Source: Rebecca billardiae RCC1528 (taxonomy: Eukaryota > Protista > Haptophyta). From it: a DNA stretch of 64,000 nucleotides. The stretch spans positions 434,001 through 498,000 of the forward strand of contig OZ251242.1 in assembly GCA_965240325.2 (NCBI GenBank). The letters run 5' to 3'. Positions 10,461-21,576 of this stretch are shown piece by piece. The notes beneath the pieces are model-generated. The model ran no database searches, was not told where the DNA came from, and saw nothing but the letters and a program-made list of their open reading frames with translations. The position numbers and the translations under genes are program-made. The stretch's first letter is position 1, and each line of letters starts with the position of its first letter.

Positions 10461-12373
10461 GATGCTGCCGCTGCTGCTGATGTTGCTGCTGCTACTGCTG
10501 CTGCTGCTGCTGCTGCCGCCGCCGCTGCCGATACAGTACTGCTGCCGCCGCTGCTGCTGCCGCTGCTGCCGCTGCTGCCGCTGCTGCTGCTGATGCTGCC
10601 GCTGCTGCTGATGTTGCTGCTGCTGCTGCTGCGCACGCCGCCATAACGGGGGCTGCTGCGGTCGCGCCGTGCCACGCACCGCATGGGGCCCTTCCCCGCG
10701 CGCCCCGCACCGCCCGCCCTGCTGCTGCCTTCGCGCCGCGCCCCCCGCGGCGCGCTCCGCCTCACCGCGCGGCTGCCTCCCCACGCCGCGCGCCCTCCTG
10801 CCCGCCCGCCGTGCCCCACGCGCCTCCCCGCCAACCCCACCGCTACCCACCCGCCCTTCCGCGCACCGCCGCGCGCCCCCCCAACCGCCCGCCGCCCGCC
10901 GCCGCCTCGCAGGGTTGGTACCACAAGCGCCACCTCGTGCCGATCCACGTCGAGTACGCGGTGCGCCGGATGGGCGAGATGGTAATGCTGATGCTCGGCG
11001 AGGGCATGCTGTCCCTGGTGCTTTCAAACACGGCGGTGGACACGACGGACATGGCGGCGTGCTTCGAGGCGTGCTGGCTGAGCAAGGCGAAGGGCGCCGT
11101 CTCGTTCGTCTCGGGCTTCGTGCTCCTCACCTGCCTCATGTACCTGTACTACAGGTGTAACCGCTTCACCCGGCACCACCACGCGGTGCGCCGCTCCGCG
11201 TGGCGCGGCATCGCTTGGAACACGATGCACTGGCCGCTTTGTCTGTCTCTCATCACTACCGGCGTGTGCCTCAAGTCGATCCAGCCGTACGCCGCGCTGC
11301 CCGGCGTCAAGCGCGAGTACGTGTACGCGTTCGGCGTCGCGACGGCCTTCTCGATGCTGACAACCGCCGCGCAGCAGCTGATGCACCCGGGCCTGCAGGC
11401 GTTCGTGCACGCGCCCAAGCGGCAGGGCGTCCGCCTCGGCCTCTTCGCCCTCAAGCTCGGGCTCTCAGTAGCGCCCGCCGCGGTCGTCGGCTTCCCGGAA
11501 ACTACCGAGGGGTGGGTGTACACGCTGTACGCCATGCTGCTCGCCGTCTCGTCGATCGGCGTGCTGCTCCTCGAGAAGGGGAAGGAGATCGAGCGCGGGC
11601 TGTGGGCGTATGCAGACCACAAGCCCGGCCGCACGCCCGGTGATGAGATGTATCACGAGCGCGGCGGCAGCGTCACGCTGCCGCAGCGGAGCAGCAGACA
11701 CGGGAGCCAGCTCGGCGTGCTCACGCCCGACGCGCTGCTCGCTCTGCGCGCGAGCCAGAGCGCCGCGCACCTTGGGATCCACTCGATCGACGAGCTGCAG
11801 CTCGCGGAGGAGGCGGAGGCGGGCGGGAGCGACGGGGGCGCGGGCGAGGGCGAGGGCGAGGGCGAGGGCGGAGACAACCTACCTGTGCAGGACAGCGACG
11901 GCGCGCCGACCAGCTGCGCGCCCTCCGCCGTCGCCAGCCTCGGGCCGACCCCGCAAAAGGGGCGGAGCCGCGTGCCCACGCCCAAGCGGCCGACGCCGCA
12001 GAAGGGGCGCAGCCTCGGGCCCACGCCCAAGCACGCGCGCACGCCCGTGCCGCGCTCGCCGCGCCGGCAGAACTCCATCGGAGGCGCCGGCGGCATCGGC
12101 GCCATCGGCGGCGTAGGGCACGGCGCGTACGGCGCGGCGCGGCTGCCGCCCGCGCCCTACATCGGCTCGCGGCGGCACACCTGGGACGTGGCCGCGCTCA
12201 GCCTCGCCGCCGTCGCCGCCGCCGAGTCCGCGGCCGCCGAGTCTGACACCGCCTCGGACATCTCGTCCGACCTCTCCGTCGACCTGCCGCACCACATGTA
12301 CGAGCTGGGCGTGCGCGAGGACGAGTTCACGGAGGCGGAGGACGTCAACTCGGCGGTCGTGCTCACCGGCTAG
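9421..12373 (+). CDS. LtrA-like (low temperature requirement A) multi-pass membrane protein; exons 9421-9648, 9812-10360, 10913-12373
   Basis: Two phase-0 GT-AG introns join three ORF segments. Motifs SWSDLFWDLIFV and RRMGEMVMLMLGE resemble LtrA (WxELFFDLVFV, ERFGLFxIIVLGE). Many TM segments and a disordered C-tail. Confidence 0.75.
10376..10411 (+). repeat. Interstitial telomere-type (CCCTAA)n tract inside intron 2
   Basis: cccaaccctaaccctaacccaccctaaccctaaccc read directly. Confidence 0.85.
10424..10633. repeat. Imperfect (CTG)n/(CCG)n trinucleotide tract, intronic
   Basis: About 200 bp of gct/ctg repeats with ccg/gat interruptions. Confidence 0.9.
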
Positions 12374-14584
12374 CCTTGGCGGCGGGCCGGGTCCGTCCCT
12401 CGGCGCGGTCGGCGGTGCGGCGGTGAGCTGCGCTCCGCGCTCGCCACTGCTGCGCGCCTGGCCCCGGCGGCTGGCCGGGCCGGCGCGGTGCAGGCGGACC
12501 GCGACGAAATCTGTGATCTCGCGCTGACGGACGACCTCGTAATCCGCGCGGCCCCCACGGCGCACGAGCCGATGGCGATGCCGACTCTGGCGATGACGAT
12601 TGACGTCGATGACAGACTAATACTGCTAGTGCTACGCGCACGAACTAAAGTGACTGCTAAAGTCTCGAATCGTCCGCCGTAGCTAGGCGTACAGTCCGCC
12701 CACAGTGCGCTAACACGGGCCGAAAGTTGAATGAGAGGCGTCACGATGGCTGCCGACGCGCGCGCTGGCCGACCGTCCTCAAGAGGCCGTGATCGGCGGC
12801 GTAGACCGCGCGGCGGACCTCGCGAGAGAGCCTAGTCCTAGTCTTCAGCGGCGCTGATCAACGCCTTCCTCCTCCTTCGCCTCGAGAGCAGCTCCACATG
12901 ACACGCGCCGAGACGGCCGCAAAGCGACTCCGAAGCGACTCTGCGAGCGCGCCGCCGGCTGCTCTGAGCATGCGGAGATGGTCAGCTCTTTCGGGTGCGC
13001 GGCATGCGCGCTAGATTGCTGACTTTCATGGTACAGCTCGGCTGCTCGAAACGTGCACGTCTGCTCTCGCGTGCTGGCACGACTCACGCTCTCCAAACTG
13101 ACCGCTGCTCATGTCAGGGCATGCTGCCGCAAGCTCTCATCCTCAATCGCATCCCAGCGGCACCCGGGCACAGACGCAGGTGCACATCGACCTGGAGTGG
13201 CTGTCGTCGTCGCCACTACCTCTCGGCTGGCGCTCAGCACCAAGTTGCCGCGTAAATGAACGCGCGCGCGACGGCTTTCTGACCACGGCCCGTGTTGTGC
13301 AGGTCGTGGTCACACGTGAGCGCGGCGCTGCGGAGACGGGGCGGGGCCTCGCTTGTCCGTGACGCTGGCAGCGTGTCACGCGGGCCCACCGCCACGCCGC
13401 GCCGCAGGCCGCAACGCGCCGCGCCGTGCTGCGCTGCTCGCAAGTGCTGCCGTCAGCCAGGTCGGAGTTCGCGGTCGGTCGTCATGATGTCACGGACACG
13501 GTCAGCGGCTCCCGCCAGCCGTCGTCGCACCCGACGGCCCGAGCTCAGCTGAGAGTGAGGCGCGCGTCTACGAAGAGGCGATGCGCAACTACAGCATGCA
13601 AACAGCGTGGCGTGCCGCGCTCGCGGGCTCCCCAAGCCTGCCGACTCATCCGCCAGCCAGCCAGCCGCCGACACGACGCGACGAGCTGAGTGGCCGTGGT
13701 CCGTGGCCGGTGCCTTCGCCGCGCCGCGCGCGGGCACGCTGGAATCCATTCGGTCCGTCAGAGCCGATCATAGATCACGCGTATATTTTATTAGCAGCAG
13801 GCGAGCAGGCCGCTTGATACGACGCGTCTACTCCTCCTCCTTTACGCGCGCATATCAAGCTACGACCGGGCTATAGCCATAGGCCGCTACTCTGCTGCGA
13901 GTCTCAGCTGCGCTTACGCGGACACGGTGCGGTCAGCCGTCAGAGCGGACCGTCAGTAGCACACGGTCACGGGCGCGGTCGGGGCGCCGCAGCCAGCAGG
14001 CGACGTCGGCCGCGAAGTCAGCACAGTGATGGTGATGCGCCGAAAACGTGCAAGCGCGCCACGAGGAGACCCCAGACACATCACGTCAGCCACTCGTCGT
14101 GCGTCTTTCGTCGCCTGCTCCACCCAGCCCTCAAGTCAAGCTCAGGTGCCCCTGTGGCGGCAACCCGACCCCCTCATGCACTCCTCGGGAATCGGCAGCG
14201 CGCGCGTACGCGCGCAGATCATCTCTTTGGCCGTGAGCGCATGGAGGCCGAAAGATACGACTGGATGGCGAGAACGCGTGCTCTTGACACCTTTGATGCG
14301 CAACGCAGGGTGCTCGTGCATCAGCTACGCCCGGTAAGCCGCTCGCACGCCAGCTGGGATGCTCGGGCTCCTCGCACGGCCGGACTACTCGAGTGCCCGT
14401 CGTGTGCCGTATGCTCAGCAGCACAGCCGACGGGGCACACCTGATGCAGCGTATTCTGACACTGCGCGTGTAGTGAGCTCGTACGCCAGCCCACTGCCTG
14501 CGCAGCCCGCTTGATCCCGATGATCGAGCCAACACGTGGATCCCATGCGCCTGCGCGAGCGCGGCCGCGGCGCGCCCGCGAATG

Positions 14585-15290
14585 CAAGGGGGTGCAGCTC
14601 GTGAACAGTGGAACGCAGCTGTGATGCACTTGGCCATGCGTGTACACCGAACAATTTCAGCCACGTAACTTTCTGCGATGCCCTCCTAGACCCCGCTGTG
14701 AGCCGCCGTGTGGCGCGGCGCGCGCGAGGTGCGCGCGCAGGCTGCCGAGCGCCCGGCACGCGCACTCCGGTCAGAGGCGGACGGAGGCGGCCGCGATGGG
14801 AGGCATGACCCGCGAGCCCGAACGAGCGTGAGTGATGCAGAACTCAGCCGCCCCCCGTCTTGGCGCACGCCATGCGGCTGGCGTCTCTGCGCGCGCATGT
14901 TCGCGTGCGGATTTCAGATGTTCCTGCTCGCGAAGCGACCACGGGGAGCCCGCGAATTGAGGGGGGGTGCAGCTCGTCAACGGCGAAACGCAGCTGTGCT
15001 ACCTTTGATGATGCGTGTACACCGAACAATTTCAGCCACGTAACTTTCTGCGATTCCCTCCTAGACCCCCCTGTCAGCCGCGGTGTGGCGCGGCGCGCGG
15101 GAGGCGATGTCGCAGACTGCTGGCGCACCTGCACGCGCACTCTGGTCAAAGGCGGACGGAGGCGGCCGCAATGGGAGGCATGACCCGCGAGCCCGAACGA
15201 GCGCTGGTGATGCAGAACTCAGCCGCCCCCCGTCTTGGCGCACGCCATGCGGCTGGCGTCGCTGCGCGCGCGTGTTCGCGCGCGGATGGC
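14585..15290. repeat. Diverged tandem direct repeat, ~330-bp units with a ~375-bp period
   Basis: Shared blocks such as atgcgtgtacaccgaacaatttcagccacgtaactttctgcgat and gatgcagaactcagccgccccccgtcttggcgcacgccatgcggctggcgtc occur in both ~14585-14910 and ~14960-15290. Confidence 0.85.
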
Positions 15291-15706
15291 TGCGCCAGCG
15301 ATGGCGGCCGGCCGCCGCGAAAACGTCCCTGATCGCGGAATCGGCCGATTCTGCCAATTCAACTTTCGGTGGCGGTTAGCGCACGACTGTGCCGAGTCAC
15401 GCCCTCACGTCCACGACCACGACGACTTTAATAGTAGCCCGATTACGATGAGACCGGCGCCGTTAGTTTCTTAGTATTAATACATGCACTACCGCCAGAT
15501 AATTAATATATATATATTTAACGACGTGGCAGCATCGGACAAGCGTCAGGCTCAGAGTGCAACAGACACAAGTAGAATGCGTCCGCGCCCTTCCGTCCAG
15601 GTCAGACCGAGTGCGCCACCCGCAGGCCCGCAGCCCTGCCTGACCCCTACGGCCGGCTCTTGGAATCTGCCGAGGGACCTGCGTACACTGTGGGCGCTCA
15701 GCCTCA

Positions 15707-18120
15707 GAGGGACCTGCCAGCGTAACGCCGTAACTGCGTCGCAGACTGAGACTCGCAGCGTTCAAGAGTCACACACACTCAACTCTTGACTCTGCTTTTG
15801 CGGTTGTGCCTAGCTTGAGATCTACACTGACAATCGACAATGACAGATTTGACACCGCCCTTGGACAGACAGTCGTCGTCAGAAACTACTACTGAACCAA
15901 CGGTAAACGTCGCGCAATCGCGCATCCGCGGCCGCGCCCGGGCGGGCGCCCACGATGCCCGACGAGACGCGAACGAGAAGGCGACGTGCGAGGGCTGCCG
16001 CAACGAGTTCTGCGCGAAGAACCTGGCGAAGCACAGGCGGTCGTGCGCAGCCTACGAGGCGCAACTCTCGCGGCAGCAGCAAGCTTTCGCTGCGTTTCAC
16101 GGCTTCAAGCGCGGCGCGGTTGAGCTCGCGTCCGACCCCATCGAGGACGCGGACTCTGACGATGACGATGCAGGTGCTGCGGACGCAGCGCGCGCGGACC
16201 CGAGGCGCCGGCGCATCGACGAATCCGGCGACGTCCAGCTCGCCAGCTGGACGCCGCCAGAGCCGCGGGCGAGACAGCCCAGCTGGACGCCGCCAGGGCC
16301 GCGGGCGAGCGCAGCCGACGACTGCGCTGCTGCCGACGCACTGGATTTGACTCAAGCAGACAGCGACGGCAACGGTGATGACGCGTCACGCGCACTGCTG
16401 CCGCCCTCGAGCCACGGGTCGCTGCTCGTGCAGGTGGCGCGCACCGCGAGCAGATGAGCCGTCGACGCGTCCCTCGCTGAGCAAGAGGTGAACTCGCTGC
16501 TGCGGGAGCGCGATGCTGCCCCTCGCGCCTTTATCGAGCTCCTCCGTCAACTCGCTGGCGACCTGCGCCGAGGCGACGTGTCGCGCGTGATGCCCGCGCC
16601 GGCCGGCTCGCAGCAGCTGGGCGTGCCCGCTCTCGAGTTCCTGCGCGCCAACATATCCGACCTCGAGAACTGCACGCCGCAGCTGATTCGCGAGCACAAG
16701 GCGATCTCGCTGACGCTGCCCTCTGAGCTGCGGCTCGGCGCAGCTTTCCGCCGCGAGTTCCCGATGATCGAGTCGAAGCCCAAGCGGAGGAGGCGCGGCG
16801 CGCGATCAAGTTCGCGCTGAACGGCGTCGCCGAGATGGCGAAGCGCATCGCTGACAACTACGAGCTGCGCAGGTTTGGCAGCAGGGCAGCGCCGAGCAGC
16901 TGCTTGCGGCGATGGCGGGATGCCTCGACCTGCGCAAGATGGCCAGCTTGAGCGTCGAGGGCGAGCAGTACCGCGCTCATGCTGCTGGGCATCTGCGCAC
17001 CCTCGCCAGCTGGGCGCGCCCGTCTGCCGGAACGCCCTCCGGCTCCGCGCGTGGCGCGCGCACCGTCGCCGACTTTGTCGGCGCGCCCGACTCTGCTTCC
17101 CGGTGGCACGGCATCACGCTGCCGCGAGACGAGGTGGTCGGCGAGTTCAACGCGCTCTGCCGCTTGCTGATCGACGCGAGTGAGCTGCACCGCGCGCGGT
17201 GCCTCGGGGCGACCAGCTCGACCGTGCTCGCGCAGGATGCCTTCTCTCTGCCCCAAGTTCTACGAGTGCTGCCCCAGCTACCTCTACCTCTTCCAGCACT
17301 GCGCGCTCAAGGGCGCGTCTGAGGCGGTCGTCGAGGGCATAGGAGGCGTGTGGAACCGCTGCGCGACGCCGGGGCGCCACCTCTCGTTCAAGGCGGGCGT
17401 CGAGGGAGCAGTGGTCTGCTGGAACGCGCCCAAGCCGCACCTCGCCGAGTGCACCCCTTTCCTCGATCGCGCGCTGTCGATCCACTTCAAGCAGGGCGTG
17501 GCACTTCACGCACACCTCCGCGGCCACGCGGAACCGCGCCGAGCAGAGCACGTCGTGCAGAAGCACGGGCGCGGAGGGTCCAAGCTGCCCGCTGACATCT
17601 GGAAGGTGCACGGTGGCACGCGCGCGGCGCGCCCGCCGCCCAACACGGCGCCGGCGCGCGTCTGCTGACATCCCCCTGCACCGTGCTCACGCCTGCGCAG
17701 TGAGCGCCCTGCGCTTGTCGCTTGCGCCAATGTCGGCATCGAGGTCTACGTCACGCAGCCCCGCGCCCGCCCGCGCCCCTGCGGGCCGGCGCGCACGAAA
17801 ACAGCCATAACTCTTCACCATCAACTCGGATCGAGGTGCGGATTGAAGCATTTGCATCGTAAGGACCTCGCGCGTCTATTTTGCGTGTAGCGCGCGGCTC
17901 TGCGCGGCGCGCGCGCCTGCGGCGCGCGCGCCGCGCCGCTTCACCAGCAACGCAACTAGGCAGCTCACCAGACTGAGACAGTGCGTCGGCGCGCGCTGCG
18001 CGCGCGGCGCGCCGCGCGCGCGCGCGCTCAGACCGTCGTGCACTCAGACACTGACGTCACAGTAGACGACAATCTGTCACACTAGGGACCTTCCGTATCA
18101 GGAACCTGCGCAGGTCCCTC
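15707..18120 (+). mobile_element. Degenerate hAT-like DNA transposon
   Basis: 11-bp TIR gagggacctgc / gcaggtccctc with identical 5-bp flanks cctca (15702-15706, 18121-18125). Internal broken + strand ORFs include a C2HC finger (CEGCRNEFCAKNLAKHRRSC) and an LYLFQHCALKGASEAVVEGIG segment resembling a hAT C-terminal region. Confidence 0.6.
15840..17668 (+). pseudogene. Fragmented transposase-like coding relic
   Basis: Coding-like segments (15840-16457, 16488-16820, 16912-~17250, ~17250-17668) are separated by stops and frameshifts and lie inside the TIRs. Confidence 0.5.
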
Positions 18121-19130
18121 CCTCAGGGGCCTGCGTATGAAACTACGGACGTTACCGCGCCTTTTCCAAGAGCCGGCCCTACGGGTCCGGGAGCGGGGCC
18201 GGGATGGAGCACCGCCTCGGCCTGGGGCACGCGGCGGCGACGGCAGATGCCGCCGCGGCCGAGCGCCTTCCGGAGCACATATATATATATACTGATAGCT
18301 ACTAAGATTAGATTTAATAATATGTACGCACGGCGGTCCCGCAACGCCCAGCCCAGGGCTCCGTCAGAATTGTCAGGCTCCGGCGCCGATCACACCGGGT
18401 GACGACTGACGGCCCTGGTGTGGCATCACCGCGGACTGGGAGTGGGACTGCGAGTGCGGCGGCAGTAACGGCTGCTGCCACTGCCAGGCCCAGTGCCGTG
18501 GCTCCATCGGAGCCGGCGGGGTACGGCTCAGCCCGGGGGACGGGCACTGTCAAGAACCGCGTCGGTGCAGCTGCGATCGGGGACCCGACGGCCAGACCAG
18601 AGCTCAGGCCGGCGGGCAGGCGAGCCCGCGCACAGATCTGCTTGCCCCGCGGCGCCCGTACCCGCTTTGCAGACAGCTGCCATCGCTTGAGGGCTGAGGC
18701 CGCTGCGCTGAGGCGCAGGCGGTGCGTCGTCACCGCTGCCACCGCCGCGTCGGATGCCCCAGCGCCGCGGCGCGAAGGGCCGCCCGCACTCCTCGCCAGC
18801 AGAAGCTGCCCATGCCCACCATCGGCACCTGGGCGGCGGCTGCCACCCCAAGCTGCCGACAGCGGCTCGGTCAGCGCTGAGCTGCTCCGTGCGCCGCCGC
18901 GCCCACACACCACTGCACGACGCGGCGCCGCCACATCCGCCGCGCCGCCACGTCCGCCGCGCCGAGTGGCGAGCCCCCGCCGTCCCACCGCCGAGTGCCC
19001 ACGGCGAGCACCGCCACGCGGCGCACCCGCGCGCCGGCGCCTCGCCACGTGTGCCGCCCCGCTGCGCGCAAGCCGCGCTGCAGCCACGAGGGCGGCACTC
19101 CCTCGCGAGCACAGAGGCCGCGAGGGGCGG

Positions 19131-19632
19131 CTACTCCTCCAACACCGTGGCGTTGGTCACGTTGAGGAGTTCCTCGCCTTCTGCCTGCGGCATAAGCGGG
19201 TAGATGAGCGGGTTCACCTGCATCATGAAGGTGATCAGCCACCTGCACGAGCGCAGGCGCGCGCGCGCGAGGGCCGATGCACCGGGGCGCACGCGTGAGT
19301 GCCCGAATCTGACACGCATTCCGGCGACGAGGGCACGCGCGCGGCGGGGGGCGGGCCCGCCCGTGCACGTACATGAGCCATGTGCACACCACCGTCAGGA
19401 CAACCAGCGTCGCCGTCAGCCTGCGCGCGCGCGGGCGGCAACGAGGTGCGCATCAGATCAGCACATCATTCCTGCGCGCGCGGCCAGCGGCCGCCAAGAC
19501 TGGGTAGCCCGGTGGGGGCGCCGAGCCAACGCACCCCTTGTCCTTGTTCGAGGGCATCATGTAGGTGCCGACCAGCACCGCGAGGCCCAGCGCATAGAAA
19601 AGGATCGTTCCGCTCACGACGACACCCGGCAT
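19131..19632 (-). CDS. ATP6V0E: V-type proton ATPase V0 subunit e; exons 19632-19535, 19420-19373, 19242-19131
   Basis: Splicing two GT-AG introns gives MPGVVVSGTILFYALGLAVLVGTYMMPSNKDKGLTATLVVLTVVCTWLMWLITFMMQVNPLIYP..., with two TMs and the C-x-W-L-x-W...Q-x-N-P-L signature. Confidence 0.9.
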
Positions 19633-19828
19633 CTTGCCTCGCTCTGGGAGAGGTGCCCGACACCCCGATTGTCCCTGGCTGCTCGGCCCCGCAGCCTGCT
19701 GTGCTCATTCCCCCGAGCGGGCCCGGCCCGAGCTTACGAAGGTGGATCCGGACTGCTGATGATTGCACAGGACTCACTCGGAATCCGGTGTTCGAGACCC
19801 ACCGGACAGCCCGCCATCTCGCAAATCC

Positions 19829-20884
19829 ATGGGCGTCAACGACGCGGCGCATGCGGACGTGCAGTCCGAGGTGCTCCGGCTGCTGGGCAGCCGAGCATGG
19901 CAGAGCGCCAACCCAGGGACGAGGCGCGGGCTCCTTGCCCGTGCCAACATCATCCGTCGCGCGCCTGGCCTCCCAGAGCTCCGCTTGCTCCCGGCGAGCG
20001 AGCTCGGGCGACTCGGGCGCATCCCGCGTTGGACACGCCAGTCAGGCTGCCCGGCGATCACTGCGACAGACGCGCTGGGGCGGCACGGCGTGAACCCAGG
20101 CGGCGTACCGCGAGCAGCGCTCGTGTTTTGCAGCCATCGGTGGCTCACCCCGTCCGGCGAACCCCCGGATGCCGACGATCACAAGGGCACCAAGGCGAAG
20201 TCGCTCGCCGAGTGGGCGCGCTGGTTTTGCGCACGCTCGTGGGGCGCGTTCGGGCAGCTGCGGTACGAGGAGGTCTACTTCTTCATCGACCAGGCGTGCA
20301 TGCAACAGGACGACATGGCTCCCTTTGTCGCCGCCCTCCCGCTCTTCGTGAGCGCGTGCCGCACGATCGTCTGCTACGAGACGGACGACTTCGAACGGCG
20401 CGCGTGGTGCCGAGCCGAGCGCATGGTCGCCTACGCGCTCTGCGCGAACGGCGACTGCCCCTTCGTCGTCGGCGCAAACTTCTGTCACGAGGGCCAGCCC
20501 TTCGTCAAGGAGACCCGGACCGTGACCGACCCGCTCGATGGCGTGCTCACCGTCGAGTCTGATCTGCAGCACATCGCCGAGCTCGTCCACATCGCGCAGC
20601 GCTCGAGGGCGCTCTCTTTCGACACGGTCTTCTGCAATGTGTGCCTCTCGTCGCCCGGGCTCTTTGTGGCGTCTGTGCTCTCGCTAGGGCTGTTTCCAGC
20701 TTGGCGCGCGTCGTGCTGGGCGCGCACGCTCGAGGTTGGCACGAGCACCGTCAGGGCACGGCTCTGCGTCACCGAGGCTGCTGATGCGGCCATCACCGTG
20801 GGCGCGCATTCGCACGCGCCACGTGCCGTGCGCAGCCCGGTCCTCGCCGAGCGGCGCGCACCGTTGGCTGAAAACCGGCAATAG
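19829..20884 (+). CDS. HET-like (TIR-fold) domain protein with a C-terminal hydrophobic segment
   Basis: Ordered motifs FCSHRW, FFIDQACMQQ, AALPLFV and FERRAWCRAE are typical of HET-like domains. The gene appears intronless. Confidence 0.7.
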   Translation: MGVNDAAHADVQSEVLRLLGSRAWQSANPGTRRGLLARANIIRRAPGLPELRLLPASELGRLGRIPRWTRQSGCPAITATDALGRHGVNPGGVPRAALVFCSHRWLTPSGEPPDADDHKGTKAKSLAEWARWFCARSWGAFGQLRYEEVYFFIDQACMQQDDMAPFVAALPLFVSACRTIVCYETDDFERRAWCRAERMVAYALCANGDCPFVVGANFCHEGQPFVKETRTVTDPLDGVLTVESDLQHIAELVHIAQRSRALSFDTVFCNVCLSSPGLFVASVLSLGLFPAWRASCWARTLEVGTSTVRARLCVTEAADAAITVGAHSHAPRAVRSPVLAERRAPLAENRQ

Positions 20885-20894
20885 TATATATATA

Positions 20895-21118
20895 TGTTGA
20901 GCCTGAGCCTTCGTGCCGGTTCTTAACCACTCGGGCACGCAGCATTACTTTTACGGTCGAAGGGCGCCGTAAATTCGGTAAAAGCGTGCTTCGTGCCCCG
21001 ACTGTCCGGAGTCGTCGGGTCCCGGAGTAAGCCAACCGCCGGCTGTAGACAGAGTGTACAGTCCGACGGCACGACGATGAGGCGACGAACGGACGTGGCT
21101 GAAGGCTCAGGCTCAACA
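20895..21118. mobile_element. Small TG..CA element with 18-bp TIRs, flanked by TA (MITE-like or solo-LTR-like)
   Basis: tgttgagcctgagccttc ... gaaggctcaggctcaaca with TA on both sides. A related partial copy starts at 21331. Confidence 0.6.
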
Positions 21119-21576
21119 TAGCAGCGCGGCGGATCGAGATTCGAGGTTCCGAAACCCCGGTGTCAAAAGAGATTTCATATCATCCGCAAGAGGCGGACAA
21201 CCGCCCGAGCAGAGGCCGGGCGGAGGGAGTTCGAGGAGCCGGCTCCCCGGCGACCGGAACCCAGCTGAGGACACTGGACAACAGCTGGCAAAACAAGAAA
21301 CCCGGCCTGGGGAGGCCCGCGCCGCCAGTATGTTGAGCCGTGCGGCTGTAAGCCTTCGTGCCGGTTCTTAACCACTCGGGCACGAAGCACTACCGGCAGC
21401 GCGGTGGGCTGGCCGTGTGCGCGACCCACGCCCGCGCCGTGCGCTCGCAGCGCTGGGTGACCGCCGGGTCACAGCCGCTGCCGCTGCCAGCGCGCGCGCG
21501 AGCCGCGGCGGTCTCTCTCTGAGTCTGAGCGAGCAGCCGGCAAGCGCGCGCGCGCGCGCGCACGACGGCCCTCTCG

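Noticed and set aside
10323-11027. Poly-Ala/Leu/Gln/Ser ORFs
   Set aside because: Translations of the intronic CTG tract.
12400-14580. Short ORFs in the intergenic tract
   Set aside because: No recognisable domains, splice structure or termini. It may be decayed TE sequence but I cannot support a call.
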